Origin: Peribolospora baueri
Lineage: Eukaryota
Reading direction: 5' to 3'
Assembly (NCBI GenBank): GCA_029717555.1
Contig: JAMDHS010000010.1
Span: 1-64,000, forward strand
Length of the DNA: 64,000 bases
Positions 1-13,800 of this stretch are shown here, one piece after another. How positions within the stretch are numbered: position 1 is the first letter of the stretch; every line of letters starts with the position of its first letter. The notes under the pieces are model-generated. The model worked only from the letters and a program-made list of their open reading frames with translations, was not told the origin of the DNA and did not search any database. Position numbers and translations under genes: made by a program.

Positions 1-46
<46 letters not shown>
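1..46 (+). repeat. poly(A) homopolymer at window start (poly-T tract inside a probable minus-strand intron)
   Basis: 46 consecutive A; on the minus strand it follows a GTGCGT donor-like site at 59. Confidence 0.9.
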
Positions 47-47
<1 letters not shown>

Positions 48-59
48 ACGCCAACGCAC

Positions 60-295
60 TCGGCCTTCACACGCTGGAATCGCTCGTTTTGCTTCTTGGG
101 CCCCTCGCTCTTCTTCCCATTTGAAGCGGAACCGGGCGCAGGAGAGGCAGAGGCGGAGACGGAGGCAGAAAAGCCAGACGTGCATTGACAAATGTACCTC
201 TTCGATGTCCTTCTGAGCCAAGCCCGCCCCGAAGAGGGAGCGATAGTAGCTGTGGTGAATCTGCTGGCCGTTGCGGATAAACACCTGCTTGTCAT
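60..295 (-). CDS. Partial exon resembling the start of the SRP40/Nopp140 C-terminal domain (gene runs off window)
   Basis: Minus frame reads ...SGFSASVSASASPAPGSASNGKKSEGPKKQNERFQRVKA(E/D), then a GTGCGT donor at 59. KKxNERFQRxK resembles the start of SRP40_C as I recall it. The 5' part is uncertain. Confidence 0.4.
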
Positions 296-647
296 GATGA
301 CTATCTGTCTGTCTCATCCTCCCTCCAGTCCGATGGAGAGTCCTGGCGTCCCCTCAGTCGTCTCTTCCGAGCGTTTTCTGTCATGCCATGCCGTTCGATC
401 CTCTTTCTTCAACGACACGGCACAAAGGTCTCGTGCTTTCAGTCCATACCTAAGCAGAGTCCAAACCTAAGCAGTTCAGTGCTCCAGCATGTTCAAAGAT
501 GGACAACCTTGACACCCTCGGAAGGGTCAAGTTCGCACCGAGCAGCCGTCCGTGCGTGCTCGCCGCAGCTGGAAAAATTTGGGCGAGCGCGCAACGCCTG
601 TGCTCACCGCCTCGATCGTCGCGCCCCTTCTCAACCTGTCCAGTGTC

Positions 648-3600
648 ATGGCCGCGGAGAGGGAGCCCAAGCGCGCCAAGAAGGCTCGTAGCGTGGACGG
701 GAAGGCGACACCGGTCGCTATTCCCATCCCTACTCCGTCTTCCAACGCCCGCCCCAGCATTCACGGCCGACCCAGCTTTCACGCCTGGCCTGGCACGCCC
801 GGCACCGCTTCCACTTCTACGCCGTCGAACGCGGCCCCCACGGGATCAGCATGGGAGACGCCCGAAAGACAGGCCGCCATCATCTCTTACCATACTTTGG
901 ATGGGGGCAAGACGTTTGAGCGGGTCTTTGATCGTGAGTTCAAAGGAGCTTTCTTCGCCCGCTTCCGACAGTTTCCTTGCCTGTCGATCGCTACCCCAGC
1001 CGCAACTCTGGACATCCTTTTGACATCTTTCCCGCTCGTCGTGCTTGCGTGTCCGGCATCTCTCAGCCAATACAAACCTATCATCGATTCAAGACCTTGT
1101 TCGGAGGAAACTAAAGGTCGCGTCCGATCTGCCCGTGTCTCTGTCGTATAGGGTGGGGAATAATGACGCAGACCTCGAGGATGGTGAGATCCGTGGACTC
1201 CACCCATGGAACCGTTTGGTCGCAATTGTTTCAGTATTTAGAACTGAAGGAAGACATGGTTACCTTGATCATTCCTCCCTATCAGATGACGATTTCGCCG
1301 CTTTCCGCCTCCGCGCCATCACCGCAAGAGTCATGCGAGTCTTCGTTAGCGTCCAGGGCGCTCCCAGTAAACTTAAGGAGTCGCATCCATTGTCCACTCC
1401 TGTCAACCGCCCGATTTACGCCTCTCCGTCCTCCGCCAAGGCGGTACACGGTACTCCGGAAAGCGTCGCGCAGCAGAGGAAACGCAAGCCGAACCAGAAA
1501 TCCAAGTTGGATGCTACCACTCGTGCTAACGAACGGAGTGACGAGCGAAGGAAGGACGAGCCACGGGGCAACATGCGGAAGAGGAAAGCTGAGGGGCTGG
1601 GAGAGGACCACGATCGGGGGAAGCCGGTGAGGGGGCTCTTACCACTCTCCTCTAGGTCAATGCCCGGACTTCTGAAAGTGCACTGACATGATTGAGCTAT
1701 TCAACCCGCACTCGTGCCTTGGTCGTATCGTCGCGCGCACATCCGGCAGGAATCCCAGGCCGCTGCGAACGCAAACTCTGTCTCCAGCCCATCGACTCGC
1801 CTGGACAATGAAGGAAGCATTTCGAAAGGTGGCCCGGCCAAAAAACGCAAGCTCGACGCCGGGGTCTCCCCCGGTAGCAATGGGAGGCAGTCCAACGACG
1901 TCGACGAGGACGGCGAGGACATCGAGAGGAAGAAAAAGAGCAAGAGGAGAAGGATGGAGGGGCGACGAGTACGGAGGCTCCGAGATGAGAGCCGACAAGG
2001 TGCGGTACCGGCTTTGCTACAATCCTTTTCCGGCACTCAACCCTCAGACTCGCCAGGAGCGTCCACACCAGCTCCGACACCAGCTCAGTCCACACCAGCT
2101 CCGGCACCAGTTCAGTCCACACCAGCTCCGGCACCAGCTCAATCACAAAGTCCATTTGTTGGAGCATCGGCCAACGGGACCTCGCCTACATTCCAATTCA
2201 CCTTTAGGACGGAGGTCCCACCGACGGCGAGCGCAAACGAGATTCGAGGTCAGACGTCCAGCGCGCAACCATCGCCCTCGCAAGTCAAACCCGGCCGAAA
2301 GAAGCGTAAGCGCCTGACGGATGCTTCCAACGGAAACGTTCCCAATGTCGCTGCTGACGGTGCAGTGACGGAGGATTCTGGCATAAATGATCGAACGCAG
2401 CCGTCAGCGTCTCAGCAGCTTAGCCCGAGACAACCCGGTCTAGAAAGTCGGCCGGACGACGTCGTCTCCCACGTCGACGAACTGACTGCTCCAGCACGAA
2501 AAGGCTCAATGCCCATTGATGCGCAGCCATCGCATGAAGTCGAGCAAACCACACTAACCGCGGGCACTATAGCCGGAGCGGCGGCTGGCAAAGGAAAGGA
2601 TGCGGGCAATCACGAAGCCTCCTTCGGCGATGAGGACGACGAGAGCGATGAGGAAAGCTCGGACGACGATGAAGAAGAAGATGAGGAAGAAAGGGTGTCG
2701 GATGACGAGTTGGATATTGCGCAAGGTTCGGACAACGAGACGACGGATTCCAGTGAGGATGAGCAGGAACCGCAGAAGGAGGATGGCCAAGGTAACGAGG
2801 ATCGATCGTCACCCAACAAAGCTCCTTTGGCCGACGGGTTCGCGTCTCTCGCCACTGTCGACGAAGAGGGAGAAGCCGTGGACCTGTCGACTCAGGATGA
2901 CGGCGCTGTTCGACTTGCGATGGACCTGGACGACAACTTTTTTCAGAACGGCTCCGTTCACGACGAACGACATCATGACGAGCAAGCTGTTGTTCCAGAT
3001 ACTACCTCAGCGGCCGAGAAACCTCGGGAAGATGATAGTCCCGCTCGCTTGCAGATGACTCCTAGCCCGCAGGTGCCATCCGCAAATTCGGATGCGCATC
3101 CGTCTCCCGAGGTCAACCACCAGGCCATAGGCTCCGGCTTCGCTGTTGACTCCGCTTACACTGCGGAACCTTCTCCCGAACCTGTCATCACGCCACCAAT
3201 CACTCGATCCTCAAAACTGCGCCAAGCGATGAAGGACCGACAAGGCCAAGTTCATGACGATAAGGTCATTGCGTCGCAACCCACACCTGTGCCCCCCACA
3301 CCTGTGCCGAAGCGACCCAGGGGTCGACCGCGAAAGAAGGCACTTGAAGAGCCCGCGTCAGTATCCCTTCCGGCGGAGACCACTGAGCAAGCTGCAGGGC
3401 CTCCACAGCCAAGGAAACCAGGCCGGCCGCGTAAGACGGACGCTGAGAAGGCTGAGACGAGGGCCCGATGGCAGGCCGCCCAAGCTGCGAAGAAGCTTCA
3501 GGAGGCTCGTGCTCGAAAAGGGTCTCTTCTCTCGTCTCAGCGCGAGATTGAGGACCAAGCGGACGGTGCCGATGATTCTGCTGACGTTGCCGCCAAAGTT

Positions 3601-4623
3601 GCGTCGAGTGGAGAAGCCAACGTGGACTCTGAAAGCCAACCTGTTGGGCATGTCCCAGAGCCGTCACCTGGTAGTGTTCGAGTGTCCCCCGAATCGCTCC
3701 CTCCTCCCTCGGCAGCGGCTGTTCAATCATCCCCGACACGGCAGCAAGGCGCTTCGCCTTTCGTCGAGGGCGTGATTTCGCCGTCCAAATCTACCAAAGG
3801 ACTCTCGTCTCAGCAAAATGGTCGGCCGAGCACCACTTCACTTTCGACTACCAATTCGTCCGGCGAGCCGCCGTCTGCCCAACCTGTGCGCAAGTCGCTA
3901 ACATCGTCTGTGGTGGTGACGGAGAAGGAGCTGAAAGACCACGAGGTGTCAAACGATTTGTCCGCCAACTCTAGCCCGTCTCAGGCGGCTCAGGACAAAG
4001 AAGTGCCGCAGCCTGCGCTGGTGTCAGCGGAGCGGCACGATGATCTGGAGTCTAGCTCCGCCTCCTCGTCCAGCGATACCGACAGCGAAGAAGAAGACGA
4101 CGCCGAGGAGAACGCCAAGGGTGATGCGAACAGCGGTCCCGTGAATGGGCGGGTTCGCCCTCGGCGAGAGACGTCGTCTGGGCGTCCTACGCCGACCATT
4201 CTGCACTCCCTAAAGGGCCGCGCAAATGCTCCTCGACACGAAAGCGGATCTCTCAACAACCTTCCCTCCCTCTCTCAACTCGGCAACTTCAACATGCGCG
4301 GTATTTCTCCTGCTTTGGGCTCTCCCAGTGCGGTCGAGTCGATGCTCGGCGGTGTCAACGGCGATGGAACTCGTGGCCAGAGCGGTCTACAGACCCCTTC
4401 CAGCATCTCTTCTAAGGCTGACGGGCAAAGTTCGTCTTCAGAGGAGTCTTCCTCCGATAGCGAGTCGGACTCGAAGTCGGACACGTCGTCAGACAGCGAA
4501 CCTTCCTCTTCGGACGAGAAGGCTAAGCAGAGTCACATCCCGGCCAGCAAGCGGGCGGGCGCTATCGTGGGCAAGGAGAAGAAGAAGACAAAAGGTAGCG
4601 GCTTTTTCGCCGCCTTTTCTTGA
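648..4623 (+). CDS. Large low-complexity nuclear protein with N-terminal PB1-like segment and two AT-hooks (4 exons: 648-933, 1067-1183, 1286-1626, 1750-4623)
   Basis: In-frame GT-AG introns 934-1066, 1184-1285, 1627-1749. PB1-like LSSIQDLVRRKL..VSLSY..DLEDDDDFAAF; AT-hooks KRPRGRPRKK (~3310-3339) and RKPGRPRK (~3412-3435); acidic and Ser-rich tracts; basic NLS-like clusters. Confidence 0.75.
2062..2142 (+). repeat. 27-bp coding tandem repeat x3 (STPAPTPAQ/STPAPAPVQ/STPAPAPAQ)
   Basis: tccacaccagctccg(a/g)caccag(c/t)tca(g/a) occurs three times in tandem. Confidence 0.85.
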
Positions 4624-5613
4624 TCCTTTCGCGGCGTCATGCTTTCGCCGTTTCCTGTTGTTCGCCTTTTTATCACCGATGTGGATTGCAACATTGTCTT
4701 GTGCATGCTTTGTAACATTGTCAATCCGGTTCATTGAGGCTTAAAGGATCGCCTCGCTGCAGAAAACGGCGAAGAAGTCTGTGGCTCGCGACAGCGTCAC
4801 ACTTTCCTCGCACAGACACTCGACTAAGGTGAAAAAAGCACACCACGACGGAGCCCGAAGCGGACGATTACGTCTCGCACCGGATCATGATGCCCATCCC
4901 GTCCAGCCACCGTCAGCACCCTCTTCCGGAAGGGGCATGAGGTTCTGGAGGAAATACGGCGATCGCAACTCGTGGGATCCCGGTTTGGACAACGCGACCT
5001 GTTCGTTGCGTCGAACCGGGTTCGGAGATGGGGATGCCAACGCGAACAGTCGTGCGTGATCCGTACCCTCGTCTGTTGTGTCATGGCCTTCACGCATCGA
5101 ACGTAGCGGCCTTTGTCCTGGCGGTGAGAAGTTACCAAATGGGAGTTGAGGCAAGAGCGCAAGTGCTTCAGCACTCGTTCCGTTGTCTGAACCAAGAAGC
5201 GTGCGCCTTATTAGCCGCCTGAACGTTATGTCTGCACAGTATGTATGAACAGCATGTATATTCCATGCTTGAGCAGTGCGTCCCAGGGGTCCGAGAACAT
5301 TTGAAAGGCTCGCTGCTGAAAGTTGGGCGCGCATCCAGAGCATCCGCCGTCCCTCCATGGGCACTTTCTCACAGTCTACATTTCCACAATATTCCTCACG
5401 TCGCCGGACCAACAAGAGAAGGGAGACGGAGAGAAGGGTGGTGGGAACGGACGCGTGTGAATAAAGAAAGTACACCGGGTCGGTAACTCGGACAAACTCG
5501 ATGAGGAAAGCGACAGCGAGAATACACTAAGCGCCTAACGAGTGAAAGAGGGGTAGAAGTGAACCGAAAGGGGAGGAATGAACGGAGAAGAGAATTGCGG
5601 TCGTTGTTCCCGA

Positions 5614-7564
5614 CTAGGTCTTCCAATGGTACACCTGGCCGTGCGAATCGTTTAGAGCCTGTCAGTGGTCGTCTATACCGAACTTTGGTTCTGTGCCCTT
5701 TCATTTCCCTCACCTTCAGCGAGTTAATGATCCATTTCGCGTTTACGAAGTTGGATGGGTCCTGTGACAGGTTGTGCAAAGCGAAGGTGCAGATCGCGAA
5801 AGGGTGGGACGTTCAGCAACAGGACCCGCATTCGAACAGAGAGACCTTCGTTCGATGTATCTGGACCCTCGGTACAAGAGACAGTTCAAGACGATCGAAC
5901 ACTCGGAAACAACGGTCCATAGGGACTCACCTGGAGGTACGAAGTGAGCGTACCAGGGCACCCAGCGGCTGAAAACGTATTACCAGCCCAATCTCCGCCG
6001 AGGGTGGTGTCGAAGATGAGCGTCTGATTCCCGAGGTACTGGTTCATGTTGCACCCTAGGTCGGAGAAGCTAGCTTGTGGCGTTCCCCATGTCGTCGGGT
6101 TGGGGTTCCCGGACGTGATGTCGGAAGGGATGCCGTTGCGCCCGAAGAACCAGATTTCGACCTTGTCAGCGGCGATGAGCGTTCTGTAAAAAAAAATAGG
6201 AGAGTAAAGTAAGAAAATGCTTTTTGAGTACGACCAATGCCCAATGGCGGCTGCCTATGCGATGAAACCCGATAATGTCGACAAGACTCACGCAAAGACG
6301 CCGCCGCCTTGAGCATTTAGCGGCTGTCCATAGCTCGCAGTGCTGGGGTCAAGAATGCTGCATCCTGCATTGTTGTTCGCATACGCATTGCAATCCCTCA
6401 CGAGGTTCTTGCCCATGTAGTTGGACTTGGTGTCTGGAGTGACGGCGCAGCCGGGCAAGGTATGAAGGGTCATCTGGTTCTGAACGTTGTTGTGAACGCC
6501 CTCGATGATGTCGATCTCCCCTCCATTCGGCCAATTCGGGCCGTTGCTCCAAAACGCGGGCCACGTCGCACACCCGTAGGGCATGGCGTGCAGATCGAGG
6601 ATGACCAGATCGTGCTTGTAGGCACGTTTGGACGAGATGCGGACGCTGTAATTTTGGCGTCAAATGCCAGGCAGGGAGCAAGTGAGTAAGCTGTGGTTTC
6701 TGGTTTTTTCTCTGAGCCGAGCGCGCTCACCTGTTTCGGTTCGCGCCCGGGGGAAGCCAAGTATAGTCGTCGACGGCCATGACTGCACGGCCATTTGAGT
6801 CGACGTAGGCAAGGCCGGCACCCTCCGCCGAGGCCTGATCAAGGTAGCTGACAGTTTGACGTGGCACATCGAACAGCACATCTGTCAGTTCTCCTCGATC
6901 CCCTTCAGCCTTCCAGTGCCTTGACTTACTTGACTTGACCGTGCGTCGGGTCGGGGGTGTCCCAAAAGTCCCAACCATCGAAGAAGTTGCTGCCCTCATA
7001 TGTCTTAATTGCCTTCCAACTTGGCCCAGTGGGCATGGGCGTGGGCGTGGCCGGGGTAGCGGCCGCCTTCGTTGTCGACGAAGGAGCCTCAGTGGTGGTG
7101 GATGCAGCTGTGCTTGAGCTCGTGGCGGTTGTGGAAGACTTGGATGGCGTCTGGCCACTGCAAGGGTTAGCAGACGACGAGCCGCTATTCCGTTTGAGGT
7201 ACCTTCTCCGCTTCCCGTGGCCACCAGCATTCCGACCAGTGTACGCCATACGATCCTTCACTGCTCGCAGCAGAGTTCGACCCACGGAAATTCCCTCATC
7301 CAGCCACAAACCACGAGCTCCCAAGGCGGCCGACCCACTAGACACGCTGTCTCGTGTTGCATCCTTACCGAAAAGACCTTCCGGTCCGATGCGGACGGCT
7401 CGCGCAGCATCGAAGTGCGCTGATCCTCGCGCTGCTCGGAAGTGGTGGGGTAAGTTGGCAAGGTTGGCAGCCCCATCGCCCGAAGATTGGGTTGCGAATG
7501 CCAGAGATGGGGAAAGGAAGAGAACGGCAAGGCCAAGAATGGCGGTCGCGGGTAAGAGCACCAT
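5614..7564 (-). CDS. Secreted GH16 endo-1,3(4)-beta-glucanase (fungal Lam16A/MLG1-like), ~6 exons
   Basis: Signal peptide MVLLPATAILGLAVLFLSPSLAFA; Ser/Thr linker; YEGSNFFDGWDF..DPTHG; MPYGCATWPAFW..WPNGGEIDIIEG (catalytic EIDIIE); C-terminal DPSNFVNAKWIINSLK|VYHWKT*. Confidence 0.92.
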
Positions 7565-8372
7565 GTCGATGGAAGGGAATGAAAGACCAGATTGCTCCGC
7601 TCTGGGAATGGTGATGGGCAGCACCTGCTGATTCGTGCAGTCACCACCTGAAGAGAATAGGAAAAGTAGACTCTCAGAGTCGAAAGAGACTTGGACGACA
7701 CAGTCGTGCAAGGAGCGTGGACCTGCCACCGAAAAAAAAAGGACAAAGGTGGACAAAGCAGCAAAAGAGAGTGATGGACAGTGGGAAGGAAATCATCCAG
7801 GAGCGAGGGGGAGGGCATTTATATGAGGCCGAGCATGGCCTCCGGTTTCCGTGCAGCGAGAGACTCCTTTCTCCTACCCACAATGAGGTCCATCCGTGAT
7901 CAGAGCGGTCACAGCCATTAAGCACGCGAACGCAGAGTGGAGAGCGCAGGTCAGCTTCCGTGTGTAACTCGGAACAGACCTCGGCAAGGTCAAACTCCAG
8001 TGTAGAATCTGAACGGACAGAAGCTTTGCGCGCAGCACTAGGGAGATCCGACAAGCGCACTGGCGGAAGAGACGACCGTCCGAACAAGCTACAGAGGCAG
8101 GCGGGGCGAGTTATGAGTGGCTTGACGGACGGTACAACTAGACGTTCAAGGAACGACGTAGACGAGTCGAGAAAAGGGAGAACGACAATGAACGCCGGCG
8201 ATCGCATTGCTGCGGCAAGCGAGTGCAGTCCGTGCGTCATGTCTACCATGGCTCTCATTCACAATGTTGAATGCCCAACGCCTACACAAGCATAACGCTC
8301 AAATTCATCCTTACAGCAATTGACCGTGTCGAAAAAGATCGCTCCACCTCTACAAACGAGCACGCTTGCTTC

Positions 8373-10360
8373 TCAAAAGTACGCACCGGCTCCGGCGTAC
8401 TCTCCTCCAGCTCCCCGAGCGAGTAACCCACCACCGCCCTCGCCCTCCTTGACGACCTCTCCCGGTTCCACGCCCTCTCCTAGTCGCATTCGGCTGAGCC
8501 CGAAGTCTTCCACAACATAGCCGGGGCTACCTGGACCAAATATAGGAGTTGGTCGTGAGAAAGGTTTAGAGGAGAGCACAGGTCGGCCTGCCGGTACTTT
8601 GGACGCTAGATGACTGGATGGCAGTATAGGTTGAAAAGCCACCTTCGAGTCCCAAGGGGGCGGCAAAAAGGAGGACAAAGATCATTAGCAGCGTGTATCG
8701 ATGCGTGCTAGACGCTCAAAGGCCCGTCACTCACTGTGCCGTTGAGATTGTGGTAGCCGCTCAAGAACGCTTCCACGCTCTCCAACTCCTCCTTCCTCTT
8801 GCCCTTCCTCTCTCTGGCCTTCTCCTTACGCTCCTTCTCCTTTCCCTTCCCCTCCCCGCCGCCGATCCTCAATGCTTTGAATTTCAACCGCTTCTCTTCC
8901 CCTTCTTGGAGTTCTTCTTTGGCCAATTGAAGAAAGGCGATCGCCTCGCCATACCGGCCGCCGTTCTCGCCCGCGTCGACACCGAGCCACTTGTGTGCGA
9001 GGGCGAGATGGAACAAGTGTTGAGAGGCAAGATAGCTTCGTAGATCAGGATGGACTTCGGAGAGAGTCGTCGAATGCGAATTGAGCGGACGCTGCTCCTC
9101 CCGCGAATCCGTGCTCGCCCCTTCCTTATCCGCGTGGCCCCTCGATCGCCCTCCGCCCCGACCGTTGGTTGGACCTCCTACACTGTTCGGCCTAGCTGCG
9201 CTCTTGGAGACTTGTTCGCACGAGGCTCGAGCGCTTTCAAAAAGACTTGTGACATTCAGATGCAGCTTGGCGAGTAGAGACGGAGAAGGGTGGGATTTGG
9301 GAAGAGGTGGACCGGGAGAAAAGGTGTCGGCTCTGAGAGATAGCGACGACGAGAGCAGCTTGCGAATGGCGAGCGATTGTGCATGGGCCAAAGCCATCCT
9401 GTTCAGAACGCGAGGTACGACCGGGTTGATCCTAATCAGGACTGGACTGCAGCAAACGGATATTCGAGCCATCCGCACTCACTTGGCCAGAGCACCAACA
9501 ACGTCCCGTTTCGTCTCCACCCCTCCGCCCATCAAAGCCTTGCCTTCCACGCCCACCTCATTCTCCCACTCAGGCAGAACTACTTCCGCCAAATGCTCAA
9601 ACACTCCACAGGCCCTGCATTGCAAGTCAGCCGCAAACTTGACGCGTTCGTCTCTCGCCTTTTTTTCCGCGTCGGAAAGATATCGTGAGGTCTCGTAGGA
9701 AGCAGAAGCGACGCTCTTGCCCTTGAATTTTCCCCCGTCTTCGGAAGGCGCGCTGAGGGAGGAGACTATGGAAGAGGATAAATTGGAAAGTGCAAATGCG
9801 GAGACCAGAAGGACGTTGAAGAGTTCGTAGTGCAGCGAAGGTAATAATACGCGCGGAATTGAAGAACGGAAGAGATGAGGCGCTGTGAGTGTTGGACGCC
9901 AGTCGAATACTGCCAAGGTGAAAAGATATGTTTTCAGCAAGGGAGCTCAGCACCACGAGGGACAACAAAGGTCTCAAAAAAGATCAGACGCTCCTCGTGA
10001 GACTCACGAGGCTCATAGCGCAGGATCAGGTCGTCCGTTCGGACGCAGTTGACTATACTGATCAGGTGAGGCAGGTAGTCATCTACTGCCTTGAAGGGAA
10101 AGGAGCAGACAGATATTCATGCAACCTGTTCATCATGCTCAGCGCCAAGCACAAATGACAGAACTCTGTCTCAGCTGCCCGCTCACCTTGATGACCCTCA
10201 ACCAGTCCCTCTCGCCGTCTTCACGCTTGCTCTCCTTGAGCACGGCCCTTAATCTCGCCCGAGCGTCCGTCGCTGCGCCAAGCTCGGTTACAAAGCGGTT
10301 GGAGACAAGTAAGTCGGAAAAGGATATGGCACCAGTAGTGGGGAGGTCGAAGACGAACAT
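8373..10360 (-). CDS. palC: pH-response regulator PalC/Rim23 (BRO1-domain), multi-exon
   Basis: N-terminus MFVFDLPTTGAISFSD, FDWRPTL..SLHYELFNVLL, LAHKWLGVDAGENGGRYGEAIAFL, YHNLNGTV, and C-terminal YAGAGAYF, all typical of PalC. Confidence 0.85.
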
Positions 10361-10837
10361 GTCCTTCTTCCTTTCTTTCTTTTAGGTCGAGGCGAATGTG
10401 AGCAAGGTGATACGATATGACTGGGATGGTTTCCGGGTCGGGACGATCGAACTAGCCGCGATCGTATACAAGTGGCCGTCGATAGTATAAACGTATACTG
10501 CAAACGGTTGTTGTATTCGCTCGTGCATAATTCCACCGCGCCGCTCGCGACGACGCGGCGGACGCCTCCGACTTTCAACAAGCATCTCGGACGACCGTTG
10601 CCCACCTCACTCCTTCGCGCCCCCATCCTCGACTTTACCTGTTCCCCTTCATTTACTACACACCACTTTCCATAAGTGCGGCTCTTCGTTCAGGTGGACC
10701 ACTCCTTGCGCACCCCTCCGACGCTTCCGCAGAACAGACCACTCCCCCGAACCGCTCGCCGCGCTGCTATTCCAAAAGGCGGTGACCGTCCATTACTTGG
10801 TCTTCGTTGAGCAAGGAAAAGAAAAACACCGCCAATC

Positions 10838-13800
10838 ATGGATGTGGATCTGAGTGAGTAAAAGGTCACTCTCCTCCGCTACGTCTATGACGAGCTTCTT
10901 GTTCTGTCGGTACCGTTTCTGCAGCAAGTTTCCGCCAGCTGACCTTTACTCCTGCTCGTCACACATACAGTCCAAGTCGTCAACCGGTTGCGTGAGTCGT
11001 CCAGCCCCAGCTGTTCTGCGTACTGCAGAGGCATTAATGAGCGCTTTCTTGTTTGCTTCTATTCTCTGCCCTTCGGTTTGCTTGTTACCATGCCTCCCGC
11101 GCAGAGGACACTTTCAGCGCGATAGGTGGTGATTCGGTGGACCTGCCTCAATGCGTCGTCGTCGGTGCTCAGTCGTCGGGCAAGTCCAGCGTGCTGGAGA
11201 CGTGGGTTAATTTTTTTTTTTCCCTTTGTGAATCATCCAAAGTTTCCGCGGTCTCTCATAACTGACACATCACCAACATGCACGACATAAACAGCATCGT
11301 CGGTCGTGACTTCCTTCCGCGGGGTCAGGGGATCGTGACCAGGCGACCCCTGATTCTGCAGCTGGTCCACACACCCTCGCCCACTGCCTCTGTGTCGTCT
11401 GAGCCCTCCCTTCAACCCAACCCTTCATCCCACCCGACCGACTCGTCGAGCGGCCCTTCTTACACCGAGTGGGGCGAGTTCCTCCACCTCGATAAGCGCT
11501 TCACGGATTTCAGTGAGATCCGAAGGGAGATTGAGAATGAAACGTTTCGAGTTGCGGGTCAGAATAAGGGCGTTAGCAAGCTGCCCATTCACCTCAAGAT
11601 CCATTCCCCTCACGTCTTGAACTTGACTCTCGTCGATCTTCCGGGTCTGACTAAGGTGGGCTATAATTTGCTTTGCTCGTTCTCTTGCTACCCCGTTCTT
11701 TGAAGTCACTTCTCAATCCCACTGTCTTGGCTTTCGGTTCCTCCGTCGATGGTTCCCGTCCGTTAGATCCCGGTCGGCGATCAACCAACGGACATCGAGA
11801 GGCAGATCCGTGGGCTCGTCACCGATTTCATCTCGAAGCCGAACTGGTGAGCCCGCTTCATCGTATACTGACTTCATAGAGGTTCTATTCAGCGCCGTTG
11901 GAAGCTTTTTGACGAACTTGGTCACCTTCCCATACTACGCAGCGTCATCCTTGCTGTTTCTCCTGCGAACGTGGACTTGGCCAACTCGGACTCCTTGAAG
12001 CTTGCCCGGTCCGTCGATCCTCAAGGTCGGCGAACAATTGGTGTCCTGACGAAGCTGGACTTGATGGACGCTGGCACGCATGCTCTGGATATCCTGACCG
12101 GGCGGGTGTACCCTCTCAAGCTCGGCTTCATCGGCGTGGTGAACCGCTCCCAGCAGGACATCAACGGGAATGTGTCGATGCTGGACGCACGGAAGAACGA
12201 GGAGGAGTTTTTCAGGACACACCCTGCTTACCGAAATATCGCGCACCGTTGCGGGACCAAGTTTTTGGCCAAGACGCTTAACCAGGTCCTCATGAACCAT
12301 ATCCGCGAAAAGCTGCCTGACATGAAGGCGCGGCTCAACACGCTCATGGGCCAGACCCAGCAGGAGTTGGCCGCGTTCGGCGACACGGCGTTCATGGGCG
12401 AGCAGCACCGCGGCTCGTTGGTGCTCAAGCTCATGACACAATTCGCGCGCGATTTCATCGCCAGCATCGATGGCAACTCGCCGGAGATTTCCACCAAGGA
12501 GCTCTCAGGCGGCGCGCGCATATACTACATCTTCAACGACGTCTTCGGCCACGCTCTCGATAGCATCAACCCCACGGCCAACCTGACGACGCAGGACATT
12601 AGGACGAGCATCCGCAACTCGACTGGACCGCGGCCGAGCCTTTTCGTTCCCGAAGCGGCGTTCGACCTGCTCATAAAGCCGCAAATCAAGCTCTTGGAGG
12701 CGCCGAGTCTGCGATGCGTCGAGCTGGTCTACGAAGAACTCATGAAGATCTGCCACAACTGCACGAGCAATGTAAGTGGAGGGACGAGGAGAGAAAGATG
12801 GGCGTCGTCGATCCCAAGGTGTCTGGTGTTCAAGATGGCTTTCCTCGTTTAACCTCCACACAGGAATTGCAACGCTTCCCACGCTTGCATGCGCAGTTGA
12901 TCGAAGTGGTCTCTGAGCTTCTCCGCGAGCGTCTCGGTCCCACGAGCGAGTACGTGCAGAGCCTGATCGCCATTCAAGCGGCGTACATCAACACGAACCA
13001 TCCGGCCTTTGTGGCTGGCTCGGCGACCTTTTCGCAGGAGATGAACGCTCGGAACAACAGGGCGAGGATTGAGCATGGGCGAGCGGTGAGTTGCGGCTCT
13101 CGGAAGTGCTCTTTTTTGGAGGCCCTGGTGTTGTGCCATGCTGTGTCGGACGAGCTGAGCCACTTACATCCAGTCGTCGTCGCCCCCTTCCGGGTGGGTT
13201 GTCGTTCCTACTGTGCGTCAGTCATTCGAAGAGGACGCCAACGATCTAGACAGTGCAGGTTCTTTGGAGGAGGATGATGAGACGCTGTCCAGCTCGGCCG
13301 CCACGCTCAACGGTGTGCCCAGCTCGTCTCCTCGGGAGATGCGCCAGTCCGTCTCTAGCTCTGCGCACGGCCGACGCGTGTCGAGCGCGCGCTCCGAGCA
13401 TGGCACGAGCCTGGGCAAGCGAAGGGGCATGGCTGAGCACGACGAGGAAATCCACCGGCCTGTGTCCTCCCTTGGCCTGGCCGGAGGCGCAGGCGGCGCT
13501 CACGGCGGCAGCAACGGTGGGGGTGTAGGAAACGGGGCGCGGGACACGTTCCTCAACTACTTTTTCGGTGGCGGCGGCCCGGGGGCCGGTGGGCCTGGAG
13601 CCCCGGCGCCCAGGCCCGGTGTGGGCGGTGGGGGGAGGCAGGGCCACTTGCTTCCAGAGATTGCGATCGGTGGCGAAGGCGCGTCGTCGGGCGTGGTTGG
13701 GGGGCGGGTCGCGGGCGCGGACGGTGGACGGAGGGGCTATGACGGCACGAGCGCAGCTTATGATATGAAGAGTTTGGAGAAGCATCTCGAGGCGGTGAGT

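Noticed and set aside
4781..5500. Short ORFs between the AT-hook gene and the GH16 gene
   Set aside because: No recognisable motifs or consistent splice pattern; probably convergent 3'UTRs.
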